A stretch of 64,000 nt of DNA from Octopus vulgaris (Eukaryota). The stretch spans positions 744,001-808,000 of the forward strand of contig OX597820.1 of NCBI GenBank assembly GCA_951406725.2, in the 5' to 3' direction. Positions 52,351 to 64,000 of this stretch are shown piece by piece. The notes beneath the pieces are model-generated. The model was given only the letters and a program-made list of their open reading frames with translations. It ran no database searches and had not been told where the DNA came from. Made by a program: the position numbers and the translations under genes. Every line of letters starts with the position of its first letter. Position 1 is the first letter of the stretch.

Positions 52351-53070
52351 AAGGATTTTTTTTTTTTTTTTTTTTTCGCAGATATTTTTTGTTTTATTTT
52401 TCTATGTGCATTTGCTAAGATAGGTCAGACATGTCGACCCCACCCCTGCTCACCCCCTTCTCCCACTCTAACCCCTCATCTCTGGCTAGAGCCCAGCTGG
52501 AAGCAATAGAAATTCTTGTTAACAAGCTGTGAGTATTTATTGTGCATGGCAACCCTGTGGGTGTGTAGGAAACTGATTGATAAGGGTAGAAGCCATGGTT
52601 GGAATGGCTCTGTTTATAAATTTGATCAGTCGGATCTGGTTTAGGACTTAACTGTTGAAGGAATACACTAATGAGAGAGTTTCTATGTGACTGAATTGCT
52701 AGAGATAGCAGGCAAATCTCCCTTAAAACCACACCCACTCAAATTCAGATGATATAGTCCTCAATACATCCTGACTAGAAAGAAAAAAGGAGGAATGGTC
52801 ACTATTTGATTGTCTTTGATGATGGGTCTGTCTTCTTGTCTTCTTCCTAACACAAGTTTCAACAGCAATAGCAGTATTTTCTGCTATACAAGTCAATGTT
52901 GTGAAGGGGCCATGTAAAAAGCACCCAGTACACTCTGTGGAATGGTTGGCATTAAAAAGGACACCCAGCTGCAGAAACCAGGCCAAAACAGACCGTTGGA
53001 ACCCAGTGTTGCCCTTAACTTTGCCAGCCCCTGTCAACCCACCCATCCAACTATGGAAAACGGTTGTTAA

Positions 53071-53284
53071 CCCTTTCAGTACCAACCTGGCTGAAACTGC
53101 CTCTGGCTCTGCAGTACAAATGTCTTGTTTCCAAAAGTTCTGAATTAAAACCTTCCACCAAAACCTTAGTCACAATTTATGCTCCTAACACTAGCTTCAA
53201 TGATAACCAAGTTATTTTACTAAATTCTTTGTTATTTTTTAAAATGACACAGAACATCTCAAAAGAAATACAGTAACGAAAGGG
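53071..53284. mobile_element. piggyBac-type MITE inserted at the TTAA of an RTE-type tail
   Basis: ctatggaaaacggttg-TTAA|CCCTTT...AAAGGG|TTCA-atgatgatg. Confidence 0.75.
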
Positions 53285-53354
53285 TTCAATGATGATGGTG
53301 ATGTAGTGTAAACATTCAAACATCATTATTATCTTTTCAAATCCTGCTGAATTC

Positions 53355-54738
53355 GAGTATACAAAGGAGCCATGAAGAAATTTGATAATATATTATGTAA
53401 TGATAGGAATGGGATTTGCCCACTATATAGGAACAAGTCATGGAACACTATAGAAAGGACAAAAAAGAAAATAAGGAAGGCCAACACTTGGTATGATAGC
53501 CATAAATACCAGAGTGTCATGTTCGTTGACACCACCCCTGGAGGTGAACTAGCGTACCGCTTTAGAAGGACCCTAGATAAACTTAAACTAAGAATTAAGG
53601 TTGTTGAAAAGCCAGGCAACCCTATCAGATCTATAATTGGTAGAATCTATCCTTTTAGTAGAACTCTCTGTACGGAAAACTATTGCACTGTATGTAGATT
53701 TAGCCCACAAACGAACTGTAAAGCCAGAAATGTGGTCTATAGTATAAGATGTATAGAGGGACGATGCAGTAACAAGACAGTAACATACGTAGGGGAAACT
53801 GCAAGAAGCATTGGTGAGCGGGTGAATGAACATTGGAGACAACTCAAGGAAGGTAAAAGCTCATCGATTCTGTACCAACACGCCGAACAAGAACACGGGG
53901 GATCAATCAATAACATAGAGATTAAGATATTGTCCACACATAGAACAGATGCAACAATTAGACAAATTACAGAAGCTACACATATAATAGAAAATAAACC
54001 TAGCCTGAATAGAAAACTAGAATGGAGCAATAGCGCACACCACAACATATGACAATAGTGGATCCTGCAAACATAATAAATACACAGGTAATTAAAGAAA
54101 TAGAAATGAATATCTATATATATGTATGTGTGTATATATATGTATATGTATATGTGTATATATGTGTGTATATATGTATATATATATATATGTATATGTA
54201 TGTGTATGTATATATATATATATGTATATGTATATTCTTTTTTTTTTTTTTTTTTCTCGATTAGATTTATTATTATTATTACTAATATTGTTGTTATACA
54301 TACATACAAGCATATGTAATGATAATAATGGGTGGATGTAAACACATGAACAAAATTAGAACAAAAGCAACAACAACAAAAACAAAATACAAATTACAAG
54401 AATGTATATAACCAGAAGATACAAATATTACAGGCATCCCCCCCACACACACACTAAATAAACATAGACGCACATAGAGATATAAGCATGCGCAAATGAA
54501 GACATACAATAGAAATACAAAATGGCTGACGGTTAGTAAGGAGAGACACAAGTAAGTGAGAAGAAAACAAAGGACCACTGATGCGGTCACAGGAGTGTGA
54601 CGAAAGAACTTTGGCCGAAATAAGATTAAGATTAATGTAAAAAATAAATATCACTGAAGCAAAATAACACCAAATATATAGTGCGTGTGTTTTTATTGGC
54701 TAAACTGGCAATATGACCATTCCTAAATATAACAATAT
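53355..54738 (+). mobile_element. Second, shorter Penelope-like copy, inverted relative to 50766-52137
   Basis: ORF 53372-54052 equals the left copy except RTYP>RIYP; same 3' UTR and same terminus. Confidence 0.92.
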
Positions 54739-54789
54739 CTGTTTCAACACACGACTTCACATAAAAAATCTTGCACAACAAATATTTAA

Positions 54790-54802
54790 ATATATATATA
54801 TG

Positions 54803-54880
<78 letters not shown>

Positions 54881-54888
54881 ATATATAT

Positions 54889-54946
<58 letters not shown>

Positions 54947-55061
54947 GTATATATATGTATATATATATATATATGTATATATATATGTATATATATATAT
55001 GTATATATATATATGTATATATATATATGTATGTATATATATGTATATATATATATGTATG

Positions 55062-55130
<69 letters not shown>

Positions 55131-55138
55131 ATATATGT

Positions 55139-55179
<41 letters not shown>

Positions 55180-55515
55180 TGTATATATATGTATGTATAT
55201 ATATATGTATATATATATATATGTATATATATATATGTATATATATATGTATATATATATGTATATATATGTATATATATATGTATATATATATATATGT
55301 ATGTATGTATATATGTATGTATGTATATATATATGTATGTATATGTATATATGTATGTATGTATATATATATATGTATATATGTATGTATGTATATATAT
55401 ATATGTATATATATATATGTATGTATATATATGTATATATGTATGTATGTATATATATATGTATATATATATATGTATGTATATATATGTATATATATAT
55501 ATATGTATATGTATA

Positions 55516-55584
<69 letters not shown>

Positions 55585-55597
55585 TTATATATGTATA

Positions 55598-55662
<65 letters not shown>

Positions 55663-55739
55663 GTATATATATATGTATATATATATATGTATATGTATAT
55701 ATATATGTATGTATATATATATGTATGTATATATATATG

Positions 55740-55790
<51 letters not shown>

Positions 55791-55921
55791 GTATGTATAT
55801 ATATATGTATGTATATATATATGTATGTATATATATATGTATGTATATATATATATGTATGTATATATATATGTATATATATGTATATATATATGTATGT
55901 ATATATATATGTATGTATATG

Positions 55922-55955
<34 letters not shown>

Positions 55956-56398
55956 CATATGTATGTATATATATATGTATATATATATGTATGTATATAT
56001 ATATGTATATATATATGTATGTATATATATATGTATATATATATGTATGTATATATATATATATGTATATGTATATATATATGTATATGTATATATATAT
56101 ATATGTATATGTATATATATATATATGTATATGTATATATATGTATATGTATATATATATATATGTATATATATATGTATATATATATATGTATATATAT
56201 ATGTATATATATATGTATATATATATGTATATATATATATGTATATATATATGTATATATATGTATATATATATATGTATATATATATATGTATATATAT
56301 GTATATATATATATGTATATATATATATATGTATATATATATGTATATATATATATGTATATATATATATATGTGTATATATATATATGTATATATAT
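54790..56398. repeat. 1.6-kb (TA)n/(TATG)n satellite
   Basis: Direct reading. Confidence 0.97.
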
Positions 56399-56854
56399 GG
56401 TTCCGTTTTCAGCAGAGAAAGACGTGATTGCCTTTGCTCTGTGAAAAAGTCTGCATAGAACGGCGAAATAACCCACTGTAGTTGCAAAACTTAAAACTCT
56501 AAGTCATAGAGATCACTACAACACTTTGGTTAAAAATATTTTAAAAAATATATATATAAATATATACATATACACAGTAATTTTCATTTTCGCCGAAACG
56601 CACATGGTGCAAAAATAACTGATTCAAGTTATCTCCTGCAAGAAAGAAAAAAGAAGCATCTCTCCTGAAAAAAAAATCCCGTAAACCAAAAAAAAATAAT
56701 CCAGACTACATTGTTGGATTAAGTATCAAGTTCATCTATTTCCTATTTTATTTATTATTCTATTTTATCTTTCACTTAGGCCCACATCTTAGTTAAAGTT
56801 GCGATCGTCATTTGGTTTGTTTACATTTTCAATAACTGTTCTCAATATAATAAT

Positions 56855-58120
56855 TTTCCAGATACTCTATCTTCTAATTAGCCTTAAGATTAAATTAAAT
56901 AACGTTTAATATTGATACCGTCAAATTAGCCTTAGGATTAAATTAAATAACGTTTAATATTGTTTAATATTGTTAATAATTATTGTTAATTAGCCTTAAG
57001 ATTAAATTAAATAACGTTTAATATTGTTTTAATATTGTTAATAATTTTTCAGATACTCTATCTTCTAATTAGCCTTAAGATTAAATTAAATAACGTTTAA
57101 TATTAATAACGTCTAATTAGCCTTAGGATTAAATTAAATAACGTTTAATATTGTTAATAATTATTGTTAATTAGCCTTAGGATTAAATTAAATAACGTTT
57201 AATATTGTTAATAATTATTGTTAATTAGCCTTAGGATTAAATTAAATAACGTTTAATATTGTTTAATATTGTTAATAATTATGTTAATTAGCCTGTTAAC
57301 TGTTAATTAGCCTTAAGATTAAATTAAATAACGTTTAATATTGTTTAATATTGTTAATAATTATTGTTAATTAGCCTTAGGATTAAATTAAATAACGTTT
57401 AATATTGTTTAATATTGTTAATAATTATTGTTAATTAGCCTTAAGATTAAATTAAATAACGTTTAATATTGTTTTAATATTGTTAATAATTCTTCAGATA
57501 CTCTATCTTCTAATTAGCCTTAAGATTAAATTAAATAACGTTTAATATTACCCACACTCTAATATAATATTAACATTGCTAATATATTTTCAGATACTCT
57601 ATCTCCTGATTAGCCTTAAGATTAAATAACGTTTTTATCCACACTCTAATATAATATTAATATTGCTAATATATTTTCAGATACTCTATCTTCTAGTTAG
57701 CCTTAAGATTAAATTAAATAACGTTTAATATTAATAACGTCTAATTAGCATTAAGATTAAATTAAATAACGGTTAATATTGCTTAATATTGTATATATAA
57801 TTTTTCAGATACTCTGTCTTCTAATTAGCCTTAAGATTAAATTAAATAACGTTTAATATTACCCACACTCTAATATAATATTAATATTGCTAATATATTT
57901 TCAGATACTCTATCTCCAAATTAGCCTTAAGATTAAATAACGTTTTTTTTACCCACACTCTAATATAATATTAATATTGCTAATATATTTTCAGATACTC
58001 TATCTCCTAATTAGCCTTAAGATTAAATAACGTTTTTACCCAAATAACGTTTTTACACAAACTTTAATACTGTTAATATTTCTTTTTCAAGTACTCTATC
58101 TTCTAATTAGCCTTAATATC
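56855..58120 (+). repeat. AT-rich tandem array (about 19 copies of core TTAGCCTTAAGATTAAA..TAACGTTT; units ~50-95 bp) directly 5' of LINE ORF1
   Basis: Core recurs from about 56878 to about 58088; longer units add cagatactctatcttct and acccacactctaatata. Confidence 0.9.
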
Positions 58121-58177
58121 TTCCTGTCTTCTCTCGAACATAATTAGATAGATAAACGGATAGACGGATTATCCAGC

Positions 58178-59088
58178 ATGTCCAGAGCATGGAGACGTGA
58201 CGAGCTGGATTTATTCGTACGAGCATGGGAGTGCGCCGGCGGAGATAGCCCTAGCGAGGTGATTGCGGCTGCGCTGAAGAGCAGAGGCTACAAGAGGACA
58301 GCGGCTCAGATGGAGCGAAAGAGACAGGAATTCGTGCGCTCATATGCGCTTGTACGGTCGCACATTGGCGCACTTGATGCCATCTTTGAGAACGAGCGGG
58401 GCAAAGATGGCAAGAATGGAGACGATGAAAGAAGTCACCCCCACCTGGTGGACGCCCAGGAGGAGGTTTTGAATGAGAAACCTGCCCGGGAAGTGAACCC
58501 AGGTGCAAGTTCTCCAACCGGCAGCAAGGGCCATGGAGACGGAGAACCCGGTGAAGAGGTAGAGGGAGGAAGAAGAACTAAAAGAAGGACTGGAAGAGCT
58601 AAAGGAAAAGAAAAAGCTCAAGCAGGACCAAAGGGTTAAACAACCAGAAATAGAAGTGGAACCGCAAAGGATGGAACCAAACAGCGCACACGGGTGTGTA
58701 TGTTCTACCTGAGAGGTTCCTGCTGGCATGGAAAGGAAGGTGCAGGCTGCCGCTTTGCACATCGGGGACCCTGCCACAGAGACACGAGGCAGATGGACAA
58801 ACCATCAACACAAAGAAAAGGGATGGACCACGCACCACCTGCCCCAAAGCGGAGGTACGCAGATGTTGTGCGCGTCACAAACAGCCAACATGATGTTGTC
58901 GAAAGAGCAGCTGCTGAGCAACAATCTTTTTGTGCATGGCACAAAAGATTGTACAGCAGCTGACCTGGCTTCATCAAACCCAAGCCCGCAGGTGGGACTA
59001 CCCACTATATACCAGACCACCACAGCAAACAGACACAGGATGGACACCGCCGGCAACAACGTACACCTCACCTCGATACTCCTACTGA
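58178..59088 (+). pseudogene. LINE ORF1: Myb/SANT-like N-terminus + CCCH zinc finger (one in-frame TAA, one probable frameshift)
   Basis: ORFs 58178-58639 and 58694-58963 are in the same frame; W..DE..LF..AW...IAAAL...GY.RT..Q...K......Y; C-x7-C-x8-C-x3-H; adding one T to the run at about 58927 extends it to TGA 59088. Confidence 0.7.
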
Positions 59089-62041
59089 ACATCAGAGGAC
59101 TGCAAACACTCAGTAACAGGACAAAGATCCCGTTCCTGAGAGACTTTGTTGCATGCAATCAAGCCATATGCATAGCACTTACAGAAACGCACCTGAAACC
59201 GGACATAGCAGATGCGGAGTTACACATACCACAGTATGCTGTACTACGGACCGACAGGAAAGAAAGGAGTCATGGAGGTGTTGCTATGTACATCCGTGAG
59301 GACCTCACACCCCAGGTCCTCTTGTCATACTCAAACTCGGTGTGTGACACACTAATTGTACATATTAGGCAACTTGATGTAGTTGTGTGTGCTACATATC
59401 GCCCTCCAGATGCCCCAAGCCATGTGGGCAAGTTTGAAGACTGCCTTATAAAAATAGAAGAAATTCTAACCACATTAGAACAACACATAGGTGTGCTTCT
59501 TATGGGAGACTTCAATCTGCCCAATGTCAGATGGCCCGAGGGCCTTTCTCTCCCAGGAATGGGACAAGATGTGAACGAGGACAGGCGAGGTCCCTTCTGA
59601 ACCTCACCAACACCCTGTACATGGAGCAGGTAATACTCCAACCAACCAGGGCAGGTAACACACTGGATCTCTGCTTCACAAATGACATGGATCTCATCCA
59701 TAATGTGAAAGTGACACCGACACTACTCTCGGATCACAACATGGTAGAGCTGACCATGTACGGGCCAAAAGAGAGCACGGACATGCAGCCTACAAGAAAC
59801 CCTCAAAATCTTTCCAGCTTGAACTACCATAAGGCAAACTGGAAACAAATTGAGAAAGAGATCCTCAAACAAAACTGGCCTAAATGTCTCTCCTCGCCAG
59901 ACATCGACGTGAAACTTCAACAATTCATGTCTGTAATGCAAGCCATATGCTACAAATGTGTCCCAGAGAGAAAGGCCACTGTACACAAGAACAAAATCCC
60001 CAGAGAGAGAGGAAAATTTTAATGAGACGGCGTACGAAATTTTCAAATCGCCTAAACAAACAGATTGAAAGCAGTGAAAAGTCCCGCCTAAAAATAAAAC
60101 TGTTAGAAATCGAAAAATGTCTGCAACTCTCCCATGAAAAAGAAAGAGCAGACAAAGAAGCCTGGGCTATAGAAAACATAAAATCTAACCCCAGAGCTTT
60201 CTACAGGTATGCCAAAGAAACAGCTACAGTGCACTGTAGAATAGGGCCACTCCTCGAAAAGGATGGCACACTTACAGGAAAACCAATGAGGGTAAGTGAA
60301 ATACTGAATGAGCAATTCAAGAGTGTTTTCACTCCACCCCTTGGGCATCTCCAAATCACCAATCCAACTGACTTTTTTACCACTGCAGATATAAAATCAG
60401 AGGCGGCGACGATAGATTACATCGATATAAAGGAAGACGATGTAACCAAGGCTATAGATGAAATGAAAACAGACTCAGCTACTGGCCCCGATGGATTCCC
60501 GGCAATCCTCCTAAAAGCATGTAAGAGAGTCCTAGCAAGACCACTGCAGTTCCTCTTTCAGAGCTTCCTTGCAGCTGGCAAACTTCCAGGAAAACTGAAG
60601 GAAGGTAAAATATGCCCCATTCATAAAGGAGGTAGCAGAGCGGAAGCCAAGAATTATAGACCTATCTCTCTGATCTCACACATCAGCAAGGTCATGGAAC
60701 GAATAGTCAGAAGGAAGCTGATCACCTTCCTTGAAGAGAATGACTTGCTGCCCGACACCCAACATGGTTTCCGACCAGGGAGAAGCTGTTTAACTCAGCT
60801 CCTACAACACTATGACTGGGTGCTGAAACGGCTGCTCAAACACTCAAATGTGGAAGTGATATATCTCGACTTTGCAAAGGCCTTTGATAAAGTCGATCAT
60901 GGAATGATATGTCACAAACTGCGTGATCTCAACATAGTTGGAAAACTGGGAGAATGGCTTCATGACTTTCTGAAGGATAGAAGTCAGGTGGTAGTAGCCA
61001 ATGGGGCCACCTCCATTAACACACAAATAGTGAGCGGTGTTCCTGCAGGGCACTGTTCTGGGACCACTACTGTTCATAATGGCCCTCTCAGACATGCCCT
61101 CAGCCACGCAGAGAGCCACGATCACAAGTTATGCAGATGATACAAAAGTTTCACAGGCAATACAGAACCCTGAGGACACTAAACACCTGCAATGTGAGCT
61201 GGACGAAATATACAAGTGGGCTGAAAAGAATAGCATGCAGTTCAATGCTGGAAAGTTTCAAGCTTTATACTATCAGCATGCAAAACTGAATGCAATACCC
61301 AATGAATACACTGGACCCGGAGGGATTGCAATCCCAGAGGCACAATCAGTGCGTGACCTGGGTATTCACATGAGTGATGACGCGACCTTTCATGTACATG
61401 TTGCTAAACTGACAATGAAATGTAGACGGCTGGCTGGATGGATTCTTAGAACCTTTAGAACAAGAGAACAAGAAACCATGATGGTCCTCTGGAAGACACT
61501 TGTCCTAAGCCACTTTGACTATTGCTCTCAGCTATGGTCACCATCCAGTGTCAAGTTGATCACAGAACTTGAGGCGATCCAACGAAGCTACACAAAGAAG
61601 ATAGCCTCTATGCAGAATGTAAGCTACTGGGAAAGACTCAAGAGATTAAAATTATATTCCCTGGAGCGTAGGCGGGAAAGATATGCCATAATATACATCT
61701 GGAAGATCCTGGAGGGAAGTGTCCTGAACTTTGGCATCGAGAGTTACGCAAATGCCAGAACTGGGCGCCACTGCGTGGTGCCTAGGACTCCAAACCTGCC
61801 ATCAAGATGTAGGACAAGATTCTGTGATAGCCTGGGCTTCCGAGGCCCACAGCTCTTCAATATCCTCCCGAAGAACCTGAGAGACCTGCATGGGGTGGAT
61901 ACAGATGTCTTTAAAATGAAGCTGGATCTCTTTCTGTCAGGTGTCCCAGATGAACCAACTTCACGGCAGGAGGGGCAGATGAGGGCAGCTGCATCGAACT
62001 CTCTCATGCACCAAATAGCAGTTGCTAGAAAGCCTCCATGA
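59040..62041 (+). pseudogene. LINE ORF2 (APE endonuclease + reverse transcriptase) with 3 frameshifts
   Basis: LLNIRGL, ALTETHL, GGVAMY, YRPP, MGDFNLP, NTLDL, SDHN; GPDG, NYRPISL, QHGFR, YLDFAKAFDKVDH, QGTVLGP, YADDTK; frameshifts near 59570, 60010 and 61040. Confidence 0.93.
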
Positions 62042-62128
62042 AGTGAAACCAAATAGCAACACCAAATGGCGGTGCCCCAGCATGGCCACAGCTCATAAGC
62101 TGAAACTAGAATCAATCAATCAATCAAT

Positions 62129-62252
62129 CATATATATATGTATATATATATATGTATATATATATATGTATATGTATATATGTATATGTATATATGTATA
62201 TGTATATATATATGTATATATATATATATGTATGTATGTATATATATATATG

Positions 62253-62297
<45 letters not shown>

Positions 62298-62410
62298 GTA
62301 TATGTATATATATGTATATATATATATGTATATATATATATATGTATATATATATGTATATATATATATATGTATATGTATATATATGTATATATATATG
62401 TATATATATG

Positions 62411-62443
<33 letters not shown>

Positions 62444-62630
62444 GTATGTATATATATGTATATATATATATGTATATATATATATATGTATATATGTATA
62501 TGTATATATATATGTATATATATGTATATATATATGTATATATATGTATATGTATATATATATGTATATATATGTATATGTATATATATATGTATATATA
62601 TGTATATGTATATATATACGTATATATATG

Positions 62631-62681
<51 letters not shown>

Positions 62682-62737
62682 ATATATATATGTATATATA
62701 TATATTATATATATGTATATATATATGTATATATATG

Positions 62738-62788
<51 letters not shown>

Positions 62789-62789
62789 G

Positions 62790-62864
<75 letters not shown>

Positions 62865-62883
62865 GTATATATATGTATATATG

Positions 62884-62918
<35 letters not shown>

Positions 62919-63237
62919 GTATATATATATATGTATATATATATATGTATATATATATATGTATATATATATGTATATATGTATATATATATGTATATAT
63001 ATATGTATGTATATGTATATATATGTATATATATGTATGTATATATATATATATGTATATATATGTATGTATATGTATATATATGTATATATATATGTAT
63101 ATATATATGTATATATATATATGTATATATATATATATGTATATATATATGTATGTATATATATATATATGTATATATATATGTATGTATATATATATAT
63201 GTATGTATATATATATGTATGTATATATATATGTATG

Positions 63238-63270
<33 letters not shown>

Positions 63271-63287
63271 GTATATATATATGTATG

Positions 63288-63318
<31 letters not shown>

Positions 63319-63361
63319 GTATGTATATGTATATATATATATGTATGTATATATATATGTA
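62129..63361. repeat. 1.2-kb (TA)n/(TATG)n satellite between two LINE tails
   Basis: Direct reading. Confidence 0.97.
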
Positions 63362-64000
63362 TTGATTGATTGATTGATTGATTCTAGTTTCAACTTATGA
63401 GCTGTGGCCATGCTGGGGCACCGCCATTTGGTGTTGCTACTTGGTTTCACTTCATGGAGGCTTTTTAGCAACTGCTATTTGGTGCATGAGAGAGTTCGAT
63501 GCAGCTGCCCTCATCTGCCCCTCCTGCCGTGAAGTTGGTTCATCTGGGACACCTGACAGAAAGAGATCCAGCTTCATTTTAAAGACATCTGTATCCACCC
63601 CATGCAGGTCTCTCAGGTTCTTCGGGAGGATATTGAAGAGCTGTGGGCCTCGGAAGCCCAGGCTATCACAGAATCTTGTCCTACATCTTGATGGCAGGTT
63701 TGGAGTCCTAGGCACCACGCAGTGGCGCCCAGTTCTGGCATTTGCGTAACTCTCGATGCCAAAGTTCAGACACTTCCCTCCAGGATCTTCCAGATGTATA
63801 TTATGGCATATCTTTCCCGCCTACGCTCCAGGGAATATAATTTTAATCTCTTGAGTCTCTCCAGTAGCTTACATTCTTCATAGAGGCTATCTTCTTTGTG
63901 TAGCTTCGTTGGATCGCCTCAAGTTCTGTGATCAACTTGACACTGGATGGTGACCATAGCTGAGAGCAATAGTCAATTTGGCTTAGGACAAGTGTCTTCC
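63362..64000 (-). mobile_element. Second copy of the CR1-group LINE 3' end, tail-to-tail with the first; runs off the window
   Basis: Reverse complement of about 61490-62130 with scattered substitutions/indels (ARKPP vs AKKPP); (ATTG)n tail. Confidence 0.93.

Larger units (their letters stand above)
56850..62130 (+). mobile_element. Apparently full-length CR1-group non-LTR retrotransposon
   Basis: 5' array, ORF1, overlapping APE-RT ORF2, short 3' UTR, (ATCA)n tail; 5' boundary uncertain (could extend to about 56400). Confidence 0.85.

Noticed and set aside
54572-54630. Hammerhead in the Penelope 3' UTR (CTGATGC-GGTCACAGGAGTGTGAC-GAAA...TGGCC-GAAA; mirrored at about 50875-50932)
   Set aside because: The position is suggestive and a helix II can form, but the core reads CUGAUGC and I could not find a helix I partner; it needs a family consensus, so it is not called
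56855-58120. Tandem array as a CRISPR-like locus
   Set aside because: Inter-core sequences are themselves repeated rather than unique spacers; no cas genes; eukaryotic context
48877-63471. Long 400-630 aa Y/I/M/C/V/H/T-rich ORFs in several frames
   Set aside because: They are translations of stop-free TA/TATG satellites, not genes
61490-64000. LINE inverted pair as a pure read fold-back artefact
   Set aside because: The arms differ by substitutions and the central satellite is not strand-symmetric; the artefact is disfavoured but not excluded without reads

Overview
AT-rich, microsatellite- and retroelement-dense animal genomic DNA; the repeat content suggests an octopus (coleoid cephalopod), which is an inference. 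Bases 191-43671 (+) hold 11 coding exons of a two-WW-domain gene best matching FNBP4 (formin-binding protein 4). All junctions are GT-AG and phase-compatible, giving about 911 aa here with the 5' end outside the window. WW2 is split by a 20.4-kb intron, and there is a probable 3'-UTR intron with a last exon near 46616-47240. The introns hold a 5'-truncated CR1-group LINE, nested Helitrons, RTE 3' ends, tRNA-derived SINEs, hAT and piggyBac MITEs, a mariner, a DD37D-like remnant and many local fold-backs. Downstream is a block of three 1.2-1.9 kb TA/TATG satellites. It hosts an inverted pair of Penelope-like elements, an apparently full-length CR1-group LINE, and an inverted second copy of that LINE's 3' end. 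The most notable observations are four. (1) A tRNA-headed short element carries a Penelope-type minimal hammerhead ribozyme and is inserted as a head-to-head dimer inside one target-site duplication. (2) The LINE's ORF1 combines a Myb/SANT-like domain with a CCCH finger, behind a 1.25-kb tandem monomer array. (3) A second hammerhead-bearing element lies inside (TA)n. (4) A SINE shares its 3' tail with the LINE.
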